Of a DNA stretch of 56,535 nucleotides, positions 19,636 to 29,497 are shown piece after piece; position 1 is the stretch's first letter, and each line of letters opens with the position of its first letter. The notes beneath the pieces were generated by a model that saw only the letters and a program-made list of their open reading frames with translations, was not told the origin of the DNA and searched no databases. The stretch spans positions 1-56,535 of the forward strand of contig CALJEJ010000067.1 of the NCBI GenBank assembly GCA_938074745.1, given 5' to 3'. Source of the stretch: an uncultured Endomicrobiia bacterium (GTDB lineage Bacteria; Elusimicrobiota; Endomicrobiia; DTEH01). The position numbers were made by a program, and so were the translations under genes.

Positions 19636-20518
19636 AAATCCTATAGGAATTTTTGATTCAGGAATAGGTGGGGTCAATGTTGTTAAAGAAATCCATCGCA
19701 TTCTACCATATGAGAATATAGTTTATCTTGGTGATACAGCAAGAGTTCCTTATGGTACAAAGTCAAAAGAGACAATTATAAGATATTCTATAGAAAACAC
19801 AAATTTTTTGTTAAAATTTAAAATAAAGCTATTAGTTGTCGCTTGTAATACTTCCTCTTCTTATGCGTTACCAGTATTAAAAAAAATGTTGAACACAATT
19901 CCTGTAGTTGGAGTGATACTACCTGGAGCAATAAAGGCAATACAAGAAACTAAGAATAATAGAATAGGAGTTATAGGTACCCCAGCTACAATAAAAAGTG
20001 GAATATATAAAAAAACAATTATTTCACTAAGTAAAAAAAAGAAATCAGTTATATCTGTTGCTTGTCCTTTATTTGTTCCATTGATTGAAGAAGGATGGAT
20101 TGATAGATTGTACCAAGAAAAAGGGTATCATATCCAACATAAAAAACTGGATTATTATAGAATCATCAACCATGAAAATATACTTAGATACGTTGCAACA
20201 GAGTATTTATCCGTATTAAAACAGAAAAATGTTGATGTATTAGTTTTAGGGTGTACTCATTATCCTGCGATAAAAACAATTTTGAAAGAAGTTATGGGTC
20301 CACAAGTAACACTTGTTGATTCTGCTGAAGAAACTGCAAAGTTTGTTTATGAAACATTAAAAAGATATAATATGCTAAACATCCCTCACAATAAGAATGT
20401 TTTAGGTAAACTTAAATTCTATGTAACAGATGACCCACAAAAATTTAAGTTAATCTCCTCATGGTTAATTGGTAAAAAAATAAATTTTGTTAAAAAAGTT
20501 GTAGTAGAAAATGTATGA
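19610..20518 (+). CDS. murI: Glutamate racemase (ATG 19610 preferred)
   Basis: IGIFDSGIGG, DTARVPYGTKS, VACNTSS, LGCTHYP. Confidence 0.97.
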   Translation: MSLKNKINKNPIGIFDSGIGGVNVVKEIHRILPYENIVYLGDTARVPYGTKSKETIIRYSIENTNFLLKFKIKLLVVACNTSSSYALPVLKKMLNTIPVVGVILPGAIKAIQETKNNRIGVIGTPATIKSGIYKKTIISLSKKKKSVISVACPLFVPLIEEGWIDRLYQEKGYHIQHKKLDYYRIINHENILRYVATEYLSVLKQKNVDVLVLGCTHYPAIKTILKEVMGPQVTLVDSAEETAKFVYETLKRYNMLNIPHNKNVLGKLKFYVTDDPQKFKLISSWLIGKKINFVKKVVVENV

Positions 20519-20895
20519 GTTCTAAAATTTATGAAGTATATGTAGAAACACAATTTTCCTCAGCACACAGGTTAATCTCCTATAATGGCAAATGTGAGAA
20601 TTTGCATGGTCATAACTGGAAAATAGCTGTAATAGCAAAAAGCAAAACAATAAATAAAAATTCTATGGTAATAGATTTCAACAAGTTAAAACTTATTGTT
20701 AACGATGTTGTGTCTGAATTAGACCATAAATATTTAAATGACATAAAATATTTTTCTTCCCACCAACCAACAGCAGAAAATATTGCACGGTATTTACATA
20801 AAAAAATTTTTAATAAAGTAAAGAAATACAAAATAAACAAATTAAAAATTATTGTATGGGAAACACCTACACAATATGCAAGTTATGAAGAATAA
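20515..20895 (+). CDS. queD: 6-carboxy-5,6,7,8-tetrahydropterin synthase
   Basis: FSSAHRL...CENLHGHNW, LDHKYLN, PTAENIA, WETP. Confidence 0.95.
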   Translation: MSSKIYEVYVETQFSSAHRLISYNGKCENLHGHNWKIAVIAKSKTINKNSMVIDFNKLKLIVNDVVSELDHKYLNDIKYFSSHQPTAENIARYLHKKIFNKVKKYKINKLKIIVWETPTQYASYEE

Positions 20896-21562
20896 AAAAT
20901 GTGTTGTACTTCTTTCAGGAGGGTTAGATTCCACTACAACGTTGTTCTACGTGTTGTCCCAAAAATATAACCCAACTTGTTTAATTTTTGACTATGGTCA
21001 GCGACATAAAAAAGAAATTTATTCAGCAAAAAAAATTGCACAATATGCAAAATGTAAATATTATGTAGTAAAAATATCTTTTCCTTGGAAAGGAAGTTCT
21101 TTATTAGATACAAGATTGCCTATTCCTAAACATACAGATTTTAAAAAAAATACTGAACCTTACCTTCCTTCAACATATGTTCCTGCACGGAATATAATTT
21201 TTCTAAGTTATGCAGTCTCTCTTGCAGAAGTTTTATCAGCAGAATATATTTTTTATGGTGCAAACCAAATAGATTTCTCTGGTTATCCAGATTGTCGGTT
21301 AGAGTTTATAAAATCATTCCAAAAAATGGCAAATATAGGTACAGGGTTAAAACTTAAAAATAAAAAAATAAAAATAGTTGCTCCGTTGATAAATTTTTCT
21401 AAAGACCAAATAGTAACTTTAGCAGTAAAACTTAAAGTACCGTTAGAACTTACCTGGAGTTGTTACCAGGGTAAAAGAAAACCTTGTGGTGTATGTGATG
21501 CTTGTAGATTACGTGCTAATGGATTTAAAAAAGCAGGAATAAAAGATCCGTTGACAAAATAG
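20885..21562 (+). CDS. queC: 7-cyano-7-deazaguanine synthase (ATG 20885 preferred)
   Basis: LLSGGLDST, YGQRH, TYVPARN, YPDCR, TWSCY...CGVCDAC. Confidence 0.97.
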   Translation: MKNKKCVVLLSGGLDSTTTLFYVLSQKYNPTCLIFDYGQRHKKEIYSAKKIAQYAKCKYYVVKISFPWKGSSLLDTRLPIPKHTDFKKNTEPYLPSTYVPARNIIFLSYAVSLAEVLSAEYIFYGANQIDFSGYPDCRLEFIKSFQKMANIGTGLKLKNKKIKIVAPLINFSKDQIVTLAVKLKVPLELTWSCYQGKRKPCGVCDACRLRANGFKKAGIKDPLTK

Positions 21563-21565
21563 AAT

Positions 21566-22312
21566 ATGCCAAAGAACAATATATTTTATGTAAATGAAAT
21601 ATTTTTTTCTTATCAAGCTGAGGGTATTTATTTTTCAACACCTACAGTGTTTGTTAGGTTTTCAGGTTGCAATTTGAACTGTTATTATTGTGATACTTTA
21701 TATTCGCAAAAAATTTTTTCTGCTGAAAAAATGTCATTGCCATCTTTAGTAAAAAAAATAAAAGAAATGATAACAAAATATAAACCATTACATTTATCTT
21801 TTACTGGCGGAGAACCATTGTTGCAAGATGGTTTACCTTTATTGTTAAAAAGTTTATATCGGGAAAATTGTTTATCCATAAATGGCCAGAAAATAAAAGT
21901 ATATTTGGAAACGAACAGTTCTTTACCTCAGAAATTAAAAAAAATTATTAAGTATATAGATATTGTAGCTGTAAACCTAAAACTTCCTGAGGAAGATATA
22001 AAAAAAAGAAATATAATACCAGAATGTATAAAAACAATAAAAATATGTCTTCAGCATAAAAAAATTTTTTTTCTTAAATTAGTTGTTTTACCAAAAGTAT
22101 ATTCACAAGAAACTTTGGCTTTATTAAAGAGATTATTAAATAATAAAATAAACTGCATTGTATTACAACCTGAGACAAATTCGTATAAAAACGAGGTTTA
22201 TAAAAAAAGGTTATTTTTCAACACAGCAATGTTATTTCAGTTATTTAAAGAAAAAGTAAACCATATTTATATAATTCCACAAATGCATAAAATTTTGTGG
22301 AACATAAGATGA
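21566..22312 (+). CDS. queE: 7-carboxy-7-deazaguanine synthase (radical SAM)
   Basis: EIFFSYQAEG, VRFSGCNLNCYYCDT, TGGEPLLQ, LETN, PQMHK. Confidence 0.93.
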   Translation: MPKNNIFYVNEIFFSYQAEGIYFSTPTVFVRFSGCNLNCYYCDTLYSQKIFSAEKMSLPSLVKKIKEMITKYKPLHLSFTGGEPLLQDGLPLLLKSLYRENCLSINGQKIKVYLETNSSLPQKLKKIIKYIDIVAVNLKLPEEDIKKRNIIPECIKTIKICLQHKKIFFLKLVVLPKVYSQETLALLKRLLNNKINCIVLQPETNSYKNEVYKKRLFFNTAMLFQLFKEKVNHIYIIPQMHKILWNIR

Positions 22313-22896
22313 GTAATTTCTTTCTTCCGAGAAATTTGTTTATTACAGGTATGCCTAGAGTTGGTAAAACAACTTTGGTAAAAAAAGTAATATCTGAAAC
22401 TTACCCTGATAAATTTGTTGGATTTTATACTGAAGATATTTTAGATAATAATGTTCGGATAGGATTTAAGATAATAAATACGAACAAGCAAGAAGAAATA
22501 TTTGCATTAAAACATAGCTATAAAAACATAGCTGAACTTAAGAATAGTTCCAACCTACAGCATTACAAAAAATATGATGTTTTTATAGACGCACTATTTC
22601 AAAAAGGTATCAAATTAATAAGTGAGTATTTAAATAACGATATTGAAAAAGAAAAAATAATAGTAATTGATGAGATAGGTTCAATGGAATGTTTATCTCT
22701 GGATTTCTGTAAGTTAATAACGGAAATTTTGCAGAAAAGAAATTACCTGTTAGCCACATTGAGATACAATTCTCATCCGTTTATTGACGATGTGAAACGG
22801 TTTAGTGATTCAAAACTTCTTGTACTTAATAAAAAAAATTTTAACGAAGTTTTTTCAGAAGTAAAATCATGGGTAAAAAAAATTTTAAATACATAA
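22309..22896 (+). CDS. THEP1/NTPase_1-family P-loop nucleoside-triphosphatase
   Basis: FITGMPRVGKTT, GFYTE...RIGFKI, VIDEIGSME; ATGA overlap with queE stop. Confidence 0.88.
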   Translation: MSNFFLPRNLFITGMPRVGKTTLVKKVISETYPDKFVGFYTEDILDNNVRIGFKIINTNKQEEIFALKHSYKNIAELKNSSNLQHYKKYDVFIDALFQKGIKLISEYLNNDIEKEKIIVIDEIGSMECLSLDFCKLITEILQKRNYLLATLRYNSHPFIDDVKRFSDSKLLVLNKKNFNEVFSEVKSWVKKILNT

Positions 22897-23696
22897 TTTT
22901 GATGACAGATTTTGGCAATGACAGTTATGTTGGAGTAATGAAAGGAGTAATAAAATCTATAAATCCTAAAGTGGAAATAATCGATTTGACACATAATATA
23001 GAACCACAAAACGTTTTACAATCTGCCTATGTTTTGGCAGGAAGTTATAAATATTTTCCTAAAGGGAGTATTTTTGTTTGTGTAATAGACCCCGGGGTAG
23101 GAAGTGAAAGAAATATTATAATTGTAGAAACTCAAAAGTATAAATTTATTGTTCCCAACAATGGAATAATAAGTAAAGTCATAGAAAAAGAAAAGATACT
23201 AAATGTATACGAAGTCGCTCCATTAAATGATACTAATAAAAAATATTTCCTTTTTCCTATAAGCTATACTTTTCACGGAAGAGATATTTTTGCTCCAATA
23301 TCTGCATATTTATCAAAAGGTAAACAATTAAAAGATATACTTAAAAAAATTGAATTATCGTGTGTCTACAAATTAAATTTACCCAAAGTTAAAATCAAAA
23401 ATAAGTGTTTTATAGGTCAATATATCTTTTATGACCATTTTGGAAATATAGTTACAAATTTAGAAGAAAGTTTGCTTAAAAAAAATATAAAGTATAAAGT
23501 AATCTCTGAATTTGGCAAATGTAAAATTACAATACCTGTGGTGAAATCTTATTCTGAAGTTAATATTAACAACCTTTTAGCAATTCCGAACTCTTATGGA
23601 TATATTGAAATATCTATTCGTAATGGCAGTGCAAAAAAATTTTTTGAAGAAAAAAAATATGATATAAAAAATATGAAATTTATTCTCAGTGAATAA
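22869..23696 (+). CDS. SAM hydrolase / SAM-dependent halogenase superfamily protein (DUF62)
   Basis: [45 protein letters not shown]. Confidence 0.92.
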   Translation: MGKKNFKYIILMTDFGNDSYVGVMKGVIKSINPKVEIIDLTHNIEPQNVLQSAYVLAGSYKYFPKGSIFVCVIDPGVGSERNIIIVETQKYKFIVPNNGIISKVIEKEKILNVYEVAPLNDTNKKYFLFPISYTFHGRDIFAPISAYLSKGKQLKDILKKIELSCVYKLNLPKVKIKNKCFIGQYIFYDHFGNIVTNLEESLLKKNIKYKVISEFGKCKITIPVVKSYSEVNINNLLAIPNSYGYIEISIRNGSAKKFFEEKKYDIKNMKFILSE

Positions 23697-23728
23697 AATT
23701 TAAATCAAAAAATAAAGAGGATATAAAA

Positions 23729-24100
23729 ATGAAGCCTGTATTTGATAAGATTTCGCCTGAATTGTTATCTCGGATAGAATACGAATATCAAGGAAAGGAT
23801 ATAATTATAGAAATTGAAACTAAAGAGTTTACCTGTGTATGTCCGTGGAGTAAATTGCCAGATTTCGCAACATTGAGGATAAAATATATTCCTAAAAAAT
23901 ATTGTGTTGAACTAAAATCTTTAAAATACTATTTACAAAGTTTTAGAAATGTGGGTATTGTTCACGAATCCGTAGTAAACAAAATTTATGAAGACCTGAT
24001 TAAATTGTTGTCTCCAAAACAGTTGTATGTAGAATTAGAATTTAACATTCGTGGTGGGATAAAAACGACAGTAACTCGGGGGAAAATAAACCAATGTTAA
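23729..24100 (+). CDS. queF: NADPH-dependent 7-cyano-7-deazaguanine reductase (short unimodular type)
   Basis: [31 protein letters not shown]. Confidence 0.95.
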   Translation: MKPVFDKISPELLSRIEYEYQGKDIIIEIETKEFTCVCPWSKLPDFATLRIKYIPKKYCVELKSLKYYLQSFRNVGIVHESVVNKIYEDLIKLLSPKQLYVELEFNIRGGIKTTVTRGKINQC

Positions 24101-25482
24101 ACTTTTTTAATAAACCGAATAAAATACATTTTGTAGGTATTGGTGGTAGTGGGATGAGCGGTATTGCTGAAGTGTTGTTAAATTTAGGCAATAGAATTAC
24201 TGGTTCTGATCTAAAAAAAAGCGAGATTACTTTAAGGTTAGAAAATTTAGGTGCTAAAATATATTATGGTCGTCATAGCCAAAAAAATGTTGACGATGAT
24301 GTAGATGTTGTTGTTTATTCTTCAGCAATAAAATCTAATAATCCGGAACTTGTTGTTGCAAGAAAGAAAAAGATACCGGTAATCCCGCGAATTGAAATGT
24401 TGGCTGAAATTGCAAGATTAAAGTATACAATAAGTGTTTGTGGTACACATGGGAAAACTACCACAACTTCAATGATGGGTTTAATGTTAGACAAGTGTGG
24501 TTATGATCCTACGATAGTTGTCGGAGGTAAGTTTATGAATATTGGTACAGGAGCAAAAATTGGCAAAGGCGAGTTTATAGTTGTAGAGTCTGACGAGAGT
24601 GATGGTTCATTTTTAAAACTTTCGCCATATATAGTGATTTGCACAAATATTGATAATGACCATTTAGATTACTATGGTAATATGAATTATTTAAAAAATG
24701 CATTTATAGAACATTTTAATTCTGTTCCATTTTATGGTTTTAATGTCCTTTATGGAGATGATAAAAATATAAGAAGTTTGTTACCATCTATACATAGAAA
24801 ATTTTATACTTATGGTTTAAACCCTAAGAACAATTTTTTTGCAAAAGAAATTGAATTTTATAACGATTATACAGAATTCAATGTGTACTATCAAGATAAG
24901 TTTATAACAAAAATAAAACTTAAGATTCCAGGATTACATAATGTTTTAAACTCTCTATCGGTGATTTCTTGTGGAATAATTTCAGGTTTAGAGATAAAAA
25001 AAATTGCTTCATCATTAGAAGAATTTGAAGGTGTAGGTAGGAGGTTAGAATATAAAGGATGTATAAAAATTAATAATAAAATTATTGATGTATATGACGA
25101 TTATGGCCATCATCCTACAGAAATTTATAACACATTGTCTGCTTTAAGAACAAAAGTTAATAAAGATATAGTTGTAATTTTCCAACCTCATAGATATACA
25201 AGGACAAAACTATTGTATAAACAATTTTATAAAGGGTTTTCAAAAAAAGATAAAATATTTTTATTACCAATTTATCCTGCAAATGAAAAACCTATTAAAG
25301 GTGTTTCAGCAAAGTTGATATATGACGATATGCGAAATAGAAACTATAACATAACCTGGTATTCAGAAAAAAAACTTATCAATTCGTTAACTGGCAATGA
25401 AGTAATTCTAACTTTAGGTGCAGGGAGTGTATATAAAATCGGTGAAGAAATTATCCAAAAGTACGGAGTCAAAAGTTCTTAA
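24094..25482 (+). CDS. murC: UDP-N-acetylmuramate--L-alanine ligase
   Basis: [55 protein letters not shown]. Confidence 0.98.
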   Translation: MLNFFNKPNKIHFVGIGGSGMSGIAEVLLNLGNRITGSDLKKSEITLRLENLGAKIYYGRHSQKNVDDDVDVVVYSSAIKSNNPELVVARKKKIPVIPRIEMLAEIARLKYTISVCGTHGKTTTTSMMGLMLDKCGYDPTIVVGGKFMNIGTGAKIGKGEFIVVESDESDGSFLKLSPYIVICTNIDNDHLDYYGNMNYLKNAFIEHFNSVPFYGFNVLYGDDKNIRSLLPSIHRKFYTYGLNPKNNFFAKEIEFYNDYTEFNVYYQDKFITKIKLKIPGLHNVLNSLSVISCGIISGLEIKKIASSLEEFEGVGRRLEYKGCIKINNKIIDVYDDYGHHPTEIYNTLSALRTKVNKDIVVIFQPHRYTRTKLLYKQFYKGFSKKDKIFLLPIYPANEKPIKGVSAKLIYDDMRNRNYNITWYSEKKLINSLTGNEVILTLGAGSVYKIGEEIIQKYGVKSS

Positions 25483-26383
25483 AGAATTACACCAATTGAA
25501 CATAGATGTTCGTACGAACGAAATGTTGAAACAGCATACTACGCTACATATTGGAGGGCCTGCAAAGTTTTTTGTTAATGTAAGAAATACTAAAGAATTA
25601 ATTTCTGTTTTAGAGATAGTAAGAAAGTATAAATTACCTTTTTTAGTAATAGGTGCTGGATCAAATTTGTTAATTTCAGATGAAGGGTTTGCCGGTGTCA
25701 TAGTCAAATTGCGCGACGAATTTAGAGAGTTAAAGTTGATACAAGAAAAAAAAATTTATGCAGGTGCTGGTGTAATGTTAGCTATGTTGATAAAATTTGC
25801 TGTAGATAATTCGTTATCCGGGTTAGAAGAGTTGTTTGGTATTCCGGGGACTGTTGGCGGTGCTATAATGATGAACGCAGGAACAAAAAATTCTACAATC
25901 TCAGACAATCTTGAGTTTATAGAAGTGTTAAGTATATCTAACCCACAATATGGAGTGATAAAATTGTATAAAGAGGAGATAAATTTTGGCTATCGTAGAA
26001 GCGGGTTGGAAAATTTTGTAATACTTTCAAGTGTATTTAATCTTAGAGAAGGAAATAAAGAAGAACTGCAAAAAAGGATCACCGAAGTTTTGCTTACCAG
26101 AGCAAAAACACAACCTTTAGGAACTTTTAACGCAGGTTGTATTTTTAAAAATCCTGAAAACCACAAATATACTGCTGCTATGTTAATTGATAAATGCAAC
26201 CTTAAGGGATTTCAATGTGGAGATGCGTATGTCTCAACTCAACATGCAAATTTTATAATAAACAAAAATAACGCAACTTCTAAAGATTTTGTCAAAATTA
26301 TAAAACATATAATTTCCGTAGTAAAAAAGAAATATAAAGTAAAACTTGAGCCAGAAATAAAATTGGTCAATATAAAATTATGA
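25418..26383 (+). CDS. murB: UDP-N-acetylenolpyruvoylglucosamine reductase (start uncertain)
   Basis: HTTLHIGGPA, GAGSNLL, GIPGTVGGAIMMNAG, QP...AGCIFKNP, HANF, LEPEI. Confidence 0.96.
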   Translation: MQGVYIKSVKKLSKSTESKVLKELHQLNIDVRTNEMLKQHTTLHIGGPAKFFVNVRNTKELISVLEIVRKYKLPFLVIGAGSNLLISDEGFAGVIVKLRDEFRELKLIQEKKIYAGAGVMLAMLIKFAVDNSLSGLEELFGIPGTVGGAIMMNAGTKNSTISDNLEFIEVLSISNPQYGVIKLYKEEINFGYRRSGLENFVILSSVFNLREGNKEELQKRITEVLLTRAKTQPLGTFNAGCIFKNPENHKYTAAMLIDKCNLKGFQCGDAYVSTQHANFIINKNNATSKDFVKIIKHIISVVKKKYKVKLEPEIKLVNIKL

Positions 26384-27333
26384 GTAGACTTAAAGTAGCT
26401 ATATTATATGGTGGTTTTTCTTCAGAACGAGAAATAAGTTTAAAAACAGGAAAAGCTGTATACCAAGCTTTGTCTCAAGATAGAAATTATATTGTAGAAC
26501 TCATAGATATTCGTAAAAATAATTTTTTACAAGAAATTTTAAAATTAAAAAGAAAACGTGTAGATATAGTTTTTATTGCACTACATGGTAAATTTGGTGA
26601 AGATGGAAAGTTACAATCTTTACTTGATGCTTTAAATATTAAATATACAGGTTCTGATGCTATTTCTAGTAGTATTGCAATGAATAAACATTATGCCAAA
26701 AGTATTTTTGTAAGCAACAATATTCCTACACCAAATTGGATTTGGATAAATAAAAAAGATAATGACAATTTTAGTATAAAAAAAATGTTAAAAGAAAAAA
26801 ACATTTGTTTACCTGTGATTGTGAAACCGTGTAATGAAGGGTCTACTATAGGAGTTACTGTTGTAGAAAACATTACTGCTTTGCCTAAGGCAATAAAATC
26901 AGCGTTTAAATATGATAAAGAAATAATTGTAGAACAATATATCCTCGGTAAAGAAATCACTGCGCCAATATTAGGCAATAAAGTATTACCTTTGATTGAA
27001 ATTCAAGCAAATTTGAATAAATATTATGATTATGCATCAAAATATAAATCTGGTGGTTCAACTCATATAATTCCACCGAGAATTGATAAAAAAATGTATA
27101 AAAAGATAGAAGAATTGGCTTTAAAGGCTGTTAAAGTTGTAGGTTGTGAAGTAGTTTCTCGGGTAGATTTTATTGTAGACGAAAAAAAACGTCAACCTTA
27201 TGTATTGGAAATAAATACTATTCCGGGTATGACTGAAGTCTCTCTTTTACCAGAATCAGCAAAAAGTTGCGGTATTAGTTTCCTTAGTATGCTAAAACAG
27301 ATTATATCTCTCTCGTTAAAAAAATATTTATGA
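26380..27333 (+). CDS. ddl: D-alanine--D-alanine ligase
   Basis: GGFSSEREISL, LHGKFGEDG, VKP..EGSTIG, YDYASKY, LEINTIPGMT. Confidence 0.97.
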   Translation: MSRLKVAILYGGFSSEREISLKTGKAVYQALSQDRNYIVELIDIRKNNFLQEILKLKRKRVDIVFIALHGKFGEDGKLQSLLDALNIKYTGSDAISSSIAMNKHYAKSIFVSNNIPTPNWIWINKKDNDNFSIKKMLKEKNICLPVIVKPCNEGSTIGVTVVENITALPKAIKSAFKYDKEIIVEQYILGKEITAPILGNKVLPLIEIQANLNKYYDYASKYKSGGSTHIIPPRIDKKMYKKIEELALKAVKVVGCEVVSRVDFIVDEKKRQPYVLEINTIPGMTEVSLLPESAKSCGISFLSMLKQIISLSLKKYL

Positions 27334-28103
27334 AGAAATATTATTTTAAGGTAAAGTATTCACGTAAAACCAGAATTAAAAGAATAATGTTCGGTATATG
27401 TTTGTCTGTTTTATTACCATGTAGTTATTTAGTATTGAAGTACGGGTATTTATTCATAATAACTCTACCGTTAAATAAAATTTTATCAATAGATGATATA
27501 AAAATTGAAAAAAATTTTACTACTTTACCTAACGAAATAATAATTGACAAATTACAAAAAAGGCAGGTTACATTGTTAAACGTAACCTCACGGTTGAAAG
27601 AAATTATTTATACTTTTCCAGAGATAAAAAATATAAAAATGAAGTATCAACTACCAAAAAAAATATCTCTTATGATATTTTGCGAAACTCCAATTTTTTA
27701 TTCTGTTTCATCTTTTCCTAAAAAGAATATTTATTATACCATAACTGGGAAACGATTTTGGTTGTATGATGAAAGAAGTTATAAAAATAAAATTATAAAA
27801 TTCACATCTCAAAATAGTGAATATGAAGAACAAATTCACGGTGTAACTAAATTATTTTCTTATCTTTATGAAACAGAAAATATAGGTTATATAAATGAGA
27901 TAATTTTTGATAAAAACAAGTATATTTTGGTAATGAACAACTCTAAAAGAATATTGTTAGATAAAAAAATTGATACAATAGATACTAAAAGGTTAGATAA
28001 AACAATCAGGTTATGTTATGCTAACAATGTTGATATAGATGCGCGGTTGTTGTCTGATGGTAAAATATATTTAATGTCAAATACCCTACAGAAGTTTAAT
28101 TAG
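27330..28103 (+). CDS. ftsQ: Divergent cell division protein FtsQ/DivIB
   Basis: Basic N-terminus, single TM, POTRA-like segment, C-terminal IDARL; located between ddl and ftsA. Confidence 0.65.
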   Translation: MKKYYFKVKYSRKTRIKRIMFGICLSVLLPCSYLVLKYGYLFIITLPLNKILSIDDIKIEKNFTTLPNEIIIDKLQKRQVTLLNVTSRLKEIIYTFPEIKNIKMKYQLPKKISLMIFCETPIFYSVSSFPKKNIYYTITGKRFWLYDERSYKNKIIKFTSQNSEYEEQIHGVTKLFSYLYETENIGYINEIIFDKNKYILVMNNSKRILLDKKIDTIDTKRLDKTIRLCYANNVDIDARLLSDGKIYLMSNTLQKFN

Positions 28104-28205
28104 TTTTTAAGAACACACTTTTTTAGTTGAAAATTTTGATTTTATTGAAAATTTAAATGAATAAATTATATATAAAAAACAATCTATTGTTAAAAAGGAT
28201 ACTTT

Positions 28206-29492
28206 ATGCCAAAGGAAGAAATTTATTGTGGTTTAGATATAGGTTCGGGTCGTGTAACTGGTGTGGTAGGACGATGCGATTTTGAAACTGAGAAAATAGA
28301 AATATTAGATGGCAAACAAGTAATAGATAAAGAGGCGTTTACTTCGGGTGTGATTAAAGATGTAGAGAAAGCGAGTGAGGTTATTTCGGAATTAGTTGGA
28401 GAGTTAGAAACTTCTGCTAAAACTAATAGAGTAAAAATTATTGTAGGTGTTCGTGGACGATTTGTGAATACTTACAACACCCACGCTCAAATACCGATAA
28501 CTTCTTCCGACAGAACCATTACTGTAGAAGACCAAGAAAAAGTTATTGAACATGCAATAAAAAGTTTAAGATTATCTGCTGAACGTGAGATTATAGATGT
28601 GATACCCCAGAACTATATAATAGATGGTCAACCTGGGATTAAAAATCCGGTTGGTATGGAAGGAGGAATGTTAGAAGTTGATGCACATGCAGTAATAGCA
28701 TATTCTTCGTTTCTTAGAAATATAGAAAGAGTATTACATAATGCTAATTATACTTTAGAAAGGGTTGTTTATGGCCTTATTTCTGTGGGTGAACTTGTAA
28801 CCGAACTTGAAGAACGTAAACTTGGAAGTTTATTGATAGATTTTAATGGACAAACAATAGGTACTATAATTTATAGTGATGGTAACATAAAACATACTCA
28901 AGAGTTTTTTAGCAATGATATAGACATAGGTAGTGACCTTATAACTCGTGAAATATGTGCGTATTACAAAACTACATGGAACGTAGCGGAAAATTTTAAA
29001 AAACAATATTGTGCAGCAAAACCATCAAGTATAAAAAAAGATGAACAAATACAAATTCCATCTCGCGATGGTAAAAGTATGAAAATCACTACTAAAAAAG
29101 AACTTTCCAAGATTGCTGCTGAAGTGTTAGAAGCTTTATTTTTAGATAGAGTAATCCCTGAATTAAAAAATACAAAGTTATTAGAACCAGTGTTACAGTC
29201 GGGCGATATTGTTATTGTAGGCGGTGGTGCTAACCTTCATGGAATTACAGAAACAATAGCAGAATTGTTTAACCACGAATGTGGAACTGATACAGAAGCA
29301 CGTGTCGGAACTATCGGAATAGAAAACAACATTGAAGGTAGTGAAGAAATTATTTCGGATTTTTCGTATACTACAGCTATAAGTTTGATAAAATATCAAC
29401 TTACTCATTTAAGAAGAAAAACATATTTTACAGGTCGTCCTAAGAAAGGAATGTTTAACTTTATAAAAAAAATATGGAATTTTTTTGAATAA
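28206..29492 (+). CDS. ftsA: Cell division protein FtsA
   Basis: GLDIGS, IKNPVGMEG..LEV, GGGANLHGI; directly before ftsZ. Confidence 0.94.
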   Translation: MPKEEIYCGLDIGSGRVTGVVGRCDFETEKIEILDGKQVIDKEAFTSGVIKDVEKASEVISELVGELETSAKTNRVKIIVGVRGRFVNTYNTHAQIPITSSDRTITVEDQEKVIEHAIKSLRLSAEREIIDVIPQNYIIDGQPGIKNPVGMEGGMLEVDAHAVIAYSSFLRNIERVLHNANYTLERVVYGLISVGELVTELEERKLGSLLIDFNGQTIGTIIYSDGNIKHTQEFFSNDIDIGSDLITREICAYYKTTWNVAENFKKQYCAAKPSSIKKDEQIQIPSRDGKSMKITTKKELSKIAAEVLEALFLDRVIPELKNTKLLEPVLQSGDIVIVGGGANLHGITETIAELFNHECGTDTEARVGTIGIENNIEGSEEIISDFSYTTAISLIKYQLTHLRRKTYFTGRPKKGMFNFIKKIWNFFE

Positions 29493-29497
29493 ATTGT

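Noticed and set aside
22869-23696. Fluorinase/chlorinase
   Set aside because: The Asp (TDFG), Arg (GSER) and His (TFHGRD) triad typical of SAM hydrolases is present and there is no halometabolite cluster context.
28104-28205. Sigma70 promoter upstream of ftsA
   Set aside because: TTGAAA hexamers are present, but no -10 at 16-18 nt spacing fits well; indistinguishable from AT-rich background.
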